A DNA stretch of 64,000 bases from Octopus sinensis (taxonomy: Eukaryota): NCBI RefSeq assembly GCF_006345805.1, contig NC_043012.1, positions 2,976,001 to 3,040,000 of the forward strand, read 5' to 3'. Both the position numbers and the translations under genes were made by a program. Shown here in pieces: positions 13,462 through 24,769 of this stretch. The notes under the pieces are model-generated. The model worked only from the letters and a program-made list of their open reading frames with translations. It did not search any database and was not told the DNA's origin. Position 1 is the stretch's first letter. Each line of letters opens with the position of its first letter.

Positions 13462-13802
13462 CAATTAGTTAGTTCTCTCTCTCTGTGCTATGAGGTACAT
13501 AAGGCCACAGCACAATCTCTCCAACCAGCTCTGTTTTCTACTATTGTTCTGATCTCATTCCAGTATCTCTACTCTTCTTGTCTCCTTTCTTTGTCCACGG
13601 TCCTTTGCCATGTGGTTTTAGGGCACCCTGTTGCTCTTTTCCCCTCAGGTTGCCACTTTAGTACCATCATACATTCCCAAATTGAGACAACAACAGCAGG
13701 CATCAACAGGATCAGTGATGAAATAAGACTCAGACACTGGAACTGGATCAGACGTGTCCTCAGACAAGATCCAGAATGCAATTGTATGGTGGCACTAAAG
13801 TG
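13462..13802. mobile_element. RTE LINE 3' fragment with inverted 5' part
   Basis: Minus 13462-13670: MVLKWQPEGKRATGCPKTTWQRTVDKE, followed by a 3' UTR and TAAC-type tail. Plus 13682-13802: RISDEIRLRHWNWIRRVLRQDPECNCMVALK, the segment that precedes it in RTE ORFs. Confidence 0.8.
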
Positions 13803-14002
13803 ACCATTTTAATTGCTTAGACGTTACTGTAATTAATAGCAACTATGTTGTTTAATTATAATAATTTCACTGTATTACCTTGATTTCTTTACCTTTGTGG
13901 GTGGGCATGGTTCATAGCCACCACACCCTGAATGGATGACGAAACTGAAGAAAGATTATTGAGTTGTAAATAATAATTTAAATAATGGAGTAATGAATTC
14001 TG

Positions 14003-14100
14003 TATTAACTTTTTGTATTTTCTTTATATTTTTCAGGTAAGTTGAATCTCTGATCAGTTGATAGTATGTGTTGGAGTAATGTGAACATCTCAAGGTGAGT
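14003..14100 (+). promoter_or_regulatory. Candidate recursive splice site plus 58-nt non-coding RS-exon (14037-14094)
   Basis: TATTAAC branch-like motif (14003-14009), poly-Y TTTTTGTATTTTCTTTATATTTTT, CAG (14034-14036) immediately followed by GTAAGT (14037-14042); a second donor AAG|GTGAGT at 14094/14095; stops in all three frames of the 58 nt. Confidence 0.6.
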
Positions 14101-14519
14101 CATTATGCTATACCAGGTAACATATAACACTATAGCTATTATTATGTCTTTACATTGCCAAATTATTCCAATGCTATGGAGTACAGCCTCTTATATATAT
14201 CTGGAGCATTGCACTTTTTTTTTCTGGTTATGTTACATTCAAACAAAAATAAAAAGAAGAAAAAGTAATCTGGTAATCTACCAAATTACAAAGTTTTCTC
14301 TTACAGACTCGTCAATCTTAAGGATCAGCTGTCAGGCAGTATTCAGTCTCTACCCTTATACTGATATCATAAGATTTTGCTCTGAAGAAACTTGTTGACT
14401 ATAACATAACTCTTTACATGCAGTCCTTCATTTTGAAAGATTGTAGATGTAACTTCTTTTATTGCTACAATAGTGTATACTACTATACTATATGGAGTAC
14501 CAATAATTCAGTGCTTATA

Positions 14520-14915
14520 ATCATCATCATCATCATCATCATCATAATCGGTTAATGTCCGCTTTTCATGCTGGCATGGGTTGGACGATTTGACTGAGGA
14601 CTGGCGAACCAGATGGCTGCACCAGGCTCCAATCTGATCTGGCAGAGTTTCTACAGCTGGATGCCATTCCTGATACCAACCACTCCAAGAGTGGGTGCTT
14701 TTACATGCCACCGGCAGTCAGGCGGTACTGGCAATGGCCATGCTCAAATGGTGTTTTTTATGTGCCATCTGCACAGGAGCCAGTCCAGCGGCCCTAGCAA
14801 TGACCTCGCTCAAATGTTTTTTCACATGCCACCGGCACAAATGCCAGTAAGGCAACGCTGGTAATGATCACACTCAAATGGTGCTTTTTACATGCCACCG
14901 GAATGGAACGTATCA
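14520..14915 (-). mobile_element. RTE 3'-tail element (family D: 5'-truncated RTE or RTE-tailed SINE)
   Basis: Same tail as 4391. Further copies at about 15060-15282(+), 15328-16249(-), 18422-19300(-), 19076-19258(+), 20617-21153(+), 22480-22745(-), 24395-24683(+), 24950-25375(-), 29860-30063(+), 37840-38415(-), 38435-38700(-), 38700-39001(+), 39008-39240(-), 40700-40880(-), 47270-47375(+), 61485-61570(-) and 63472-63656(+). Confidence 0.85.
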
Positions 14916-15560
14916 CTGGTAATTTATTATTACATTATATTGGTGTTGGTTGTATATCTAAAACACATGCACAGGCAACTTACAAATACAGTAGTCATAG
15001 AATAGATTAACTATATAAAGCGTCGCCTTACCTGTACATGAAAAACAAAATTCGAGCATGGTCATTGCAAGTGCCGCCAGACTGGCTCCCGTGCCAGTGA
15101 CACATAAAAGTACCCACTACACTCTCAAAGTGGTTGACGTTAGGAAGGTCATCCAGCTGTAGAAACCTTGCCATATCAGATTGAGCCTGGTGCAGCCTTC
15201 TGGCTCACCAGTCCTCAGTCAAACCATCCAACCCATGCCAGCATGGAAAGTAGACGTTAAACGACGACGATGATGATGATGAAACAAAAAGCATACATAT
15301 ACATGAAACAATATATACACACACAATCATCATCATCATCATCATCATCGTTTAACGTCCGTTCTCCATGCTAGCATGGGTTGGACGGTTCGACCGGGGA
15401 TCTGGAAAGCCAGAAGGCTGCACCAGGCTCCAGTCTAATCTGGCAGTGTTCTACAGCTGGATGCCCTTCCTAACACCACACCACTCCGTGAGTGTAGTGG
15501 GTGCTTTTTTACGTGCCACCTGCACAGGTGCCAGGCGAGGCTGGCAACGGCCACGGTCGG

Positions 15561-16249
15561 ATTGGTGTATTTTATGTGCCACCTGCACGGAAGCCAAACG
15601 AGGGGGTGGCATCGGCCACGAGTCGGATAGTGCTTTTTACGTACCACCAGACCAGGGATCCTGGCTGGTTCAATTCGATTTCGATTTCGCTTGCCCAACA
15701 TGTCTTCGCAAGCAAGGGGGTTGGCAGGGTGCCTGTCGTACGGTCAGATTGGTGTATTTTACGTGCCACCGGCACGGCAAGGAAGCCAGGCGAGGCGGCA
15801 CTGGCGGCCACGGCCACGAGTCGGATAGTGCTTTTTTATTTACGTTCCACCAGACCAGGGATCCTGGCTGTTTCAATTCGATTTCGATTTCGTTTTCGCT
15901 GCCCCAACATGTCTTCGCAAGCAAGGGGGTTGGCATGGGTGCCTGTCGTACGGTCAGATTGGTGTATTTTACATGCCACCGGCACGGAAGCCAGTGGAGG
16001 CATCGGCCACGAGTCGGATAGTGCTTTTTACGTACCACCAGACCAGGATCCTGGCTGGTTCAATTCGATTTCGCTTGCCCCAACATGTCTTCGCAAGCAA
16101 GGGGGTTGGCATGGGTGCCTGTCGTACGGTCAGATTGGTGTATTTTACGTGCCACCGGCACGGAAGCCAGTGGAGGCGGCGCTGGCATCGGCCACGAGTC
16201 GGATAGTGCTTTTTACGTACCACCAGACCAGGGATCCTGGCTGGTTCAA
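15561..16249 (-). repeat. Higher-order tandem repeat, about 3.6 units of 175-210 bp, inside an RTE-tail element
   Basis: Units start at ATTGGTGTATTTTA at 15561, 15748, 15958 and 16133; unusually GC/CpG-rich and nearly identical. Confidence 0.9.
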
Positions 16250-16834
16250 TACAAAATGATGACTACACCTTTTGAATCTCTTATTGCTTTTTAAGCATTT
16301 TGATTCAATAGACTAATGGTGGATCAATGAAATTGTACCTAAGTTCAATAAGATACCCTATGCTGAATTGTCTATGTGCTAAATTGTCATGTTACGATAC
16401 TATATATTACTACTATACTATATACTACTGTGAAGGTGCATGGCTCAGTGGTTAGAGCATTGGGCTCACAATCATGAGGTAGTGAGTTCAATTCCCTGAC
16501 CAGGGTGTGTGTTGTGTCCTTGAGCAAGACACTTTATTTCACATTGCTCCAGCTCACTCAGCTGGTGCCAAGCTGTATCAGCCTTTGCCTTTCCCTTGGA
16601 TAACATCAGTGGTGTGGAGAACGGAGGCTGGTATGCATGGGCAGCTGTTGGTCTTCTATAAACAACCTTGCCTGTACTTGTGTCTCAGAAGGTAACTTTC
16701 TTGGTGCAGTCCCATGGTCATTCATGACTGAAGGGGTCTTCTTCTATATGCTACTGTAAATGCCATTTATTCATACATCATGTTAACCACTCTACTCCAC
16801 CTCATTTGTACCTCTGCTCTTCCAATACTTAGTT

Positions 16835-16960
16835 AATTGTACTTGCTGTGGCAGTCATCTGGGTTGGGTTGAGCCAGCTCTGACCGTTGAGCTCCCCATG
16901 TCCCTCACAAATGCTGACCACATCTGACGGTCGGCCCTAACATTCCAGCTGGCAAAAGTA
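16835..16960 (-). mobile_element. RTE LINE 3' end, second family
   Basis: Minus translation DRQMWSAFVRDMGSSTVRAGSTQPR*; same C-terminal type as 51470-51840. Confidence 0.55.
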
Positions 16961-17799
16961 ATGCTTTTGCCTGTGGCCCAAATATACAGCTGCTAAATTT
17001 GACAAATACTCCACAGGAAGAGCAGGTATGTGAGACAGCACAGATGCTGTAGCTGTCTTTCGTTGTTGAGGTGTGTATAGAGATCCTATTTGGAGTTCCA
17101 AAGGGAATACAAGTTTACATGTTATCCCTGGTCACATGCTCTTCTAATCCAATAGCTCTCTACCCTCCTCTCTCCCTCTCTACAGATGATGTGCTTCCTT
17201 ATTTAGAGATATTGATGAAAAAGAAAACAAAAGAGATTGTCTTCCTCTCCAAAACACAAAATTCCTGTTTGCTTCATGTCTAAAATTTAGTAATAATGTA
17301 CAAACTATGCCTTCATTCACAAATTAAGATACCCCCCCCCCCATACCTACCAGCTGTCCATTCTGCAGACTTTATACTATTTTACCCTTTGAGTCAAACA
17401 TGAATGAACCATATTAATCTATATCGTTGTTTTTTGTGTAGCCTTAGGTTTACTCTGATCATGCGCATCCATGACATGCTGACAGACAGTCAGCCAACTT
17501 GGTGAGATCCACACATCTGTTGTGCCACATATGGGGTTAATATGGTGTTTAGTTTCTTTAAACCCATGCTAACCATGATTGAACAATCCTATAATTGGAG
17601 ATATTGCAAATGAGGCTGTCTCGTCTTTTTAGTCGTATCTAGAACTACTATTATACATGTTTTGCCATTTTTAAGATAGTAGGGTGGGATGTAAGGGCAG
17701 TTTGGCTATTATTTCTTGCAGATGAAGCGACCATATTATTTCTCTCTCTCTCGTTTGGACGAGTGTTTTAGTTATGTGCAGACTATTTCTTTTATCCAG

Positions 17800-18390
17800 T
17801 TGGTGAAACTTGATCTTCACAACATGCACACTGCATGCATTAATAACAACTTGCGCTTGCCATTCCATGTGCTCCATCAATATATTTATTGCCCACACAC
17901 TCACATACACTCACCACCTCCAGTACATGCTTTCTCACAGTACCCACCTAACTATAACACCCCACCCTCACTAAACCAATGTTACTATAGCACCATGCTT
18001 GCACATATCTACCCACATATCTACCCACTGCACTAATACACACACACAGATGCACACACCACACTGCTTTTTTATGCCTGCTTCCAGACACAGATACGCA
18101 TTGATACATGCATTTATACACCTTCCCATTTCCCTTCTTAACTCCTTGCCCAAAGAACAATATTCCTACCTTGTTCCTAATTCTTTGCCTTCCTCCTGTG
18201 TCCTTTCTCCTTTTATTTTATTTAATTATTTTTATATGCTGACTCTCTTTCACCTTTGCTTCTTTCTTTTATTCTGATGAAGGACTGATGTTTGAAACAT
18301 TATGATTCTCTCTCTCTCTCTCTCCTTAGAAAAGCACTAAACTAATATCATATTTGTCAAACCTGGTTCTTTGTTGCCCTTTGTAATGTT
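17800..18390 (+). mobile_element. Decayed Penelope-like terminal region with hammerhead remnant
   Basis: CTGATGA-A-GGAC-TGAT-GTTT-GAAAC at 18274-18298, preceded by a C/T-rich tract typical of PLE 3' ends. Confidence 0.45.
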
Positions 18391-19470
18391 TGTCTTTACA
18401 ACCGATATATATATATATATATCATCATCATCATCATCATTTAACGTCCGCTTTCCATGCTAGCATGGGTTGGACGGTTCGACTGGGGTCTGGGAAGCCA
18501 GGAGGCTGCACTAGGCCCAGTCAGATCTGACAGTGTTTCTACAACTGGATGTCCTTCCTTACGCCAACCACTCCGTGAATGTAGTGGGTGCTTTTTACGT
18601 GCCACTGGCACAGGTACCAGGCGAGGCTGGCAATGGCCATGATCAGTTGGTGCTTTTTACGTGCCACCGGCATGAGGCCAGTCGAGGCGGTGCTGGCAAC
18701 GGCCACGTTCGGACGGTTCTTTTATGTGCCACCGGCACTGGTATCACAACTGCAATTTCCATTGATTTTTGATCGATTTTGATTTTGATTTCACTTGCCT
18801 CAACAGGTCTTCGCAAGCAGAGTTTTGTGTCCCAAGAAGGAAAGGTATGCATAAGTGGACTGGCTACATCCCAGGTAGAGGCCACGGTTTATGGTCTCAC
18901 TTGTCCTGCCGGGTCTTCTCAAATGGTCTCACTTGTCCGCCGGGTCTTCTCACGCAACAGCATACTTCCAAAGGTCTCAGTCACTAGTCATTTCCTCAGT
19001 AGACCTAATGTTCGAAGGTCATGCTTCACACCCACCTCGTCCCAGGTTTTCCTGGGTCTCCCTCTTCCATCCGATCGTGGCACATAAAAAGCACCCACTA
19101 CGCCCACGGAGTGGTTGGCGTTAGGAAGGGCATCCAGCCGTAGAAACATTGCCAGATCAGACTGGGCCTGGTGCAGCCTTCTGGCTTCCCAGACCACAGT
19201 TGAACCGTCCAACCCATGCTAGCATGGAAAGCGGACGCTAAACGATGATGATGATGATCTTCATCCATTTTCGCCACATGACCATACCAGCGCAATCATA
19301 TACATATATATATACACATGTATATATATATTTGTATATTCTTAACATGTAGAGGTAGGTTCAAATACAAAATATGCTGGACACTGTAGTGTATGCCTTA
19401 AGAGAATAACTTCTCCCTTTTAGACAACAGTATGTTCAATATGCTCATCTCATTGGTGCATGGCATATTC

Positions 19471-19505
<35 letters not shown>

Positions 19506-19524
19506 TGCAGACCATGAGAGGATA

Positions 19525-20437
19525 ATTCCATTGTCCATGCTGGCATGGGTTGGACAGTTTGACTAGGGCTGGTAAGCTGACAGGCTGCACCAGACTCCAG
19601 TCTTATTTGACATGGTTTCTCTGGCTGAATGCCCTTCCTAACACCAACCACTCCAAGAGTGTAATGGGTGCTTTTACATGCCACTGATTCCATTGTTTGA
19701 CACCAGTATCTGCCATGACTGCAATTTCACTTGGTTTAATGGGTCTTCTTCTCAAGCACAGCGTATTGCCAAAGGTCTTGGTCATTTGTCATTGCCTCCA
19801 TGAGGCCCAATGTTCAAAAGGTGCTTTTTACGTAACACCAGCATCGACCATAACTATGATTTCACTTAGCTTGACAGGTCTTCTCAAGCATAGAATGCCG
19901 CCAAAGGCCTTGGTCACTAATCGTTGCTTCCATGAGGCCCAACATTCAAAGATCATGTTTCACCACCTTATCCCATGTCTTTCTGGGTCTACCTCTACCA
20001 TAGTTTCCCTCCACTGAGATTGGCACTTCTTTACACAGCTTTCCTTGTCCATAAGTATCACATGATCATACCAGCACAGTCATCACTCTTGCACAACACA
20101 TCTGTTGCCTCTTATGCCCAACTTTCCTCTCAAGATGCTTACACTTGTCATATATGCCCACTGACATTCCATATCCAACAAAGCATTCTAACTTCATTTT
20201 TTTCAAGCCTACGCATATCCTCGGTGGTCACTGCCCATGTTTCACTGCCGTGCAGCATAGCTGCTCGCATGCAGGCATCATACAGTCTGCCTTTCTGCCT
20301 GAGGGAGAGGCCATTTGTTGCCTACAGAGGTAGGAGCTCTCTGAACTTTACCCAGCCTATTCTTATTCTCACAGCTATGCCCTCAGAGCATCTACCTCTG
20401 CTACTGGCTTGGTCACCTAGATAATAGAAGCTATCCA
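19525..20437 (-). mobile_element. Older 5'-truncated RTE LINE, same family as 4391-5936
   Basis: Minus translation DSFYYLGDQ...RIGWVKFRELLPL*...KGRLYDACMRAAMLHGSETWAVT; tail at about 19525. The plus ORF 19975-20424 is its antisense. Confidence 0.88.
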
Positions 20438-20616
20438 CACAAACACACACACACACACACTCACACACACACTCACATTACAGTCTCATAATGTTTATCC
20501 TAGGTTTGTTTTTTATTTGAAAGTTAAGACTTCTAGATTGTTGAAGGTACTTGACGTTACAATATACATAAATTGCTTCTGATTCAAAAGAGTTGTTTCA
20601 TTTTTATTTATTTATT

Positions 20617-20975
20617 TGGCCGTTTGCCAGCCTCATCTGGCACCTATGTCGGTGGCACATAAAAACACCATCCGAGCGTGGCCGTCTGCCAGCCTCGTCT
20701 GGCACCTGTGTCGGTGGCACATAAAAACACCATCCGAGCGTGGCCATCTGCCAGCCTCGTCTGGCACCTGTGTCGGTGGCACATAAAAAACACCATCCGA
20801 GCGTGGCCGTCTGCCAGCCTCGTCTGGCACCTGTGTCGGTGGCACATAAAAAACACCATCCGAGCGTGGCCGTTTGCCAGCCTCGTCTGGCACCTGTGTC
20901 GGTGGCACATAAAAACACCATCCGAGCGTGGCCGTTTGCCAGCCTCGTCTGGCACCTGTGTCGGTGGCACATAAA
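20617..20975 (+). repeat. Six tandem 62-63-bp units in an RTE 3' UTR
   Basis: Unit TGGCCGTCTGCCAGCCTCGTCTGGCACCTGTGTCGGTGGCACATAAAAACACCATCCGAGCG starts at 20617, 20679, 20741, 20804, 20867 and 20929. Confidence 0.95.
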
Positions 20976-21651
20976 TCACCCACTACACTCGGAGTGGTTG
21001 GCGTTAGGAAGGGCATCCAGCTGTAGAAACACTGCCAGATCTGACTGACTGGACTGGTGCAGCTTTCGGGCTCCCCAGACCCCAGTTGAACCGTCCAACC
21101 CATGCTAGCATGGAAAGCGGACGTTAAATGATGATGATGATGATGATGATGATTTTCACTGATAATTCCGGATTCACAATTATTTACCAACTTATTCTTT
21201 CATCTTGTTCTCATGTTTTCACATCTGTTGAGAAGGAAGTCCAATTATTTGGGATGGGAGTGTCTTGCACATGAGTAAACTTAGCCAAGAGTTACATTAT
21301 TTAATGCATTTTAGAATTAAATTTCAATTTAAGTAGACACTGAGATTTTTGTTGTGTAGACCTACATGGCATACATGTAGCCAGCTGGATAAGACTAGGT
21401 GCAACCTACAGATGTGTTGTTTCAGATATACCAACTGATCTGTATGGAGAGGAAAGAGGAAACTAGCTGAAGAATTTGATAGCATGTAGTTTCTGTTGTA
21501 TTTATAGTGTGGCTTTTTATTATGGTTAAGAAGTTTGCTTCACAACTGTATAGTTTCAGGTCCAACTTCACTCAGCACAGCATCTAAGGCAAGCATCTAC
21601 TATCATAGCCTTGGATGACTACAATCTTGTGAATAAAATTCAATAGATTCA

Positions 21652-22098
21652 GGCGCAGGAATGGCTGTGTGGTAAGTAGCTGGCTTACCAACCACATGGC
21701 TCCAGGTTCAGTCCCACTGCGTGGCGCCTTGGGCAAGTGTCTTTTACTATAGCCTCAGGCCAACAAAGCCTTTTGAGTGGATTTGTTAGACGGAAACTGA
21801 AAGAAGCCTGTCGTATCTATCTATGTATATATATATATATATATATATAGTTATATATATGTGTGTTTTGTGTGGTGTGTGTATATGTTTGTGTGTCTGT
21901 GTTTGTCCCCCCAACATCGCTTGACAACTGATGCTGGTGTGTTTATGTCCCTGTAACTTAGCAGTTCATCAAAAGACTGATAGAATAAGTACTAGGCTTA
22001 CAAAGAATAAGTCCAGGGGTCAATTTGCTCGATCGACTAAAGGCGGTGCTCCAGCATGGCCACAGTGAAATGACTGAAACAAGTAAAAGAAAAAAAGA
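21652..22098 (+). mobile_element. Full-length family A SINE
   Basis: Complete head, body and tail as at 3511. Confidence 0.88.
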
Positions 22099-23462
22099 AA
22101 AAGGAAAATATGGAAACTGTGTGGAAGTGCATTGGAGTTGTTCTTCTTCTTGGGTGCTAGGTTTGATCCAATGTGTAGTTCAGCACCTCTATCTATTCCT
22201 TGGGTCCCTTTAATGGAGCCCACTCTGTTGCAAGAATCTGGGCCCAGTCTCTGGTTTGAGAACAACTTTCTCTTTTCTTTAAGTCTTGGATATCTGAAAA
22301 GGCACATTGGTGCTGTTTTTTACTCCTCTGACTTCCTTCCTCTCCATGTGGTCACTGAGGCATTCTTTGACAATGTCGCAATAAAATATTAGGGAAAGGT
22401 ATACTTGATTAGATTAAATTCATTACTTGGTGCTATTTATTTGATCAGAGGGCTTTGAACTCATGATGTAAATTTGAATCATCATCATCATCGTTTAACG
22501 TCCGCTTTCCATGCTAGCATGGGTTGGACGGCTCAAATGGGGTCTGGGAAGCCCGAAGGCTGCACTAGGCCCAGTCTGATCTGGCAATGTTTCTACAGCT
22601 GGATGCCCTTCCTAACGCCAACCACTCTGTGAGTGTAGTAGGTACTTTTTATGTGCACCGACACAGGTGCCAGATGAGGCTGGCGAACGGCCACGCTTGG
22701 ATGGTGTTCCATTGATGTTCATCGATTTTGATTTGATTTGATCAGAAATATCTATCACAAGACATTTGTGTTCCAGTACTCTACTAGAACATAACAGTCA
22801 ACAAGAGTTAACAGCTGGAAGTTTAAATATTGTTTATTGGCTAAACCAGTTGAAGTGCCATTCTGGAGAATTTATGGCTGTGATATGAGCTTGGTTTAGG
22901 TTGCTCTCATCTGGTGACCTTTAAGTGGCTTCATCCCTGCTGGCTAAGATATAAAATTGAGTTAAGATAGGGTTTTGTTCCTGCTATAAAATGACCACTT
23001 AAAATAACTTTACATTACAACTTTAACTAAAAGGAAATCTGTACGCATGTATGTTTATGCATAATAAACCACTCCTATGATTTGGTTTCAGATTCCCAGA
23101 TGTATATATTTCACGGCATTTGTGTCAGTCTGTAATGTCCTCTAGGGAAGTGTGAACATATGAACATCCATTCACCCCAGTTTGTAGATACAGTCCCCAA
23201 ACCAAAATAATAATAATATAATAATAATAATAATAATTAATAATAATTTCAAATTTTAGCATAAGGCCAGCAATTTCAAGGTTGGGGTAAGTCAATTACA
23301 TCAACCCCCTCATGTTCAACTGGCATTTATTTTATTGACCCTCAAAAGATGAAAGACAAAGTTAATCGTGGCAGAATTTGAACTCAGAATGTAAAGACAG
23401 CCAAAATACTGTTAAGCATTTTGTCCATGTGCTAACAATTCTGCCAGCTCTCCACCTTAATA

Positions 23463-23499
<37 letters not shown>

Positions 23500-23510
23500 C
23501 GATACGACGT

Positions 23511-23551
<41 letters not shown>

Positions 23552-24733
23552 AACGACGACGATAAAAAAAAAAATTTAGGATTATTGTGTATTTGATGAA
23601 AATATTGTCCAACCCCTTAAAAGAAACTAAACTACAAGTGAGCCAACAAACAATAGAGCTGCTGTAGTTGACCTACTAGATGTAGCAGCCAAAATCTTTC
23701 TCCCAAATCACTCTGACTCATTTTAAAAAAAGAAACCTTTGCCTTTCTTTTGGATAACATCAGTGGCATGGAGAGCGGGAGCTGGTATGCATAGGCAACT
23801 GGTGGTCTTGCCTGGATTTGTGCCTCAGAGGGTAACTTTCTTAATATGTAATCCCCTAGTCATTCATGACCAAAGAGGATCTTTTTTTTTTTTATATCAT
23901 GGTATCACAGTATCAACCAGACTGTCTGATGTTGTTACACATTGCTGGTCACAATGCACATCACATTGTTTCAGCTTTCGAATGATACCACCCTGCTTAC
24001 CTAGCCAGCAGGGTGGCATTCCCCTCTGTTCGGAACACTATTCCATCGCAGGGTTACTCATTTACAGCTGGGTGGACTGGAACAATGTGAAGTGAAGTGT
24101 TTTGCTCAAGAATACAACACACTACCCAGTTCAGAAATTGAACTCACAATCTAGCAACCATGAGGGCAACACCCTAACCACTAGGCCATACAGCACATTG
24201 TAGCAGCACACCTGTCTCTATCCTCATTCTCAATTACTCTAACCCCCCCCATCTGGTCTGGGTAACCATGTACCTCCTCTACAGTAAGAAACCTGTTTCT
24301 CTCTCTGTGTCTCACCATTCCCTTTCATAATCTGACACATGATCCCCTCCTCCAATGCCCCTTCCCCTCTCAAAGAACCTTTGTCTTGCAAATTACTTGG
24401 TGACCCTGCTAGTACTGCTGCCATGTAAAAAGCGTCCACTCCACACTGTAGAGTGGTTGGCATTTGGAAGGGCATTCAGCTGTAAAAACCATGCCAAAAC
24501 TGACCTCACCAGTGCTGGTGCCATGTAAAAAGCAGTCAGTTCACTCTGTGGGGTAGTTGGTGTTAGGAAGGGCATCCAGCCATAAAAACCCTGCCAAAAC
24601 AGAGACAGAAGTTTAGTGCAAGCTCCTGCCTGGCCGGCTCAATGCCAGCATGGTTAGCAGATGTTAAATGATGATGATGATGATATATAAATACACGTGC
24701 TCATCTCTCTCTCTCTCTCCTCTCTCTCTCTAT

Positions 24734-24769
<36 letters not shown>

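Noticed and set aside
15368-16294. 217-252 aa ORFs with internal repeats
   Set aside because: Open on both strands and in several frames because of the GC-rich tandem array in an RTE 3' UTR; no protein motif.
16990-17210. Strong donor CAG|GTATGT (about 17025) and strong acceptor CTCTCTACAG (about 17184)
   Set aside because: They are in donor-then-acceptor order with no exon-like partner sites and are adjacent to an RTE relic.
20617-20975. CRISPR-like array
   Set aside because: Units are contiguous with no unique spacers, there are no cas genes, and the array lies within a eukaryotic retroelement UTR.
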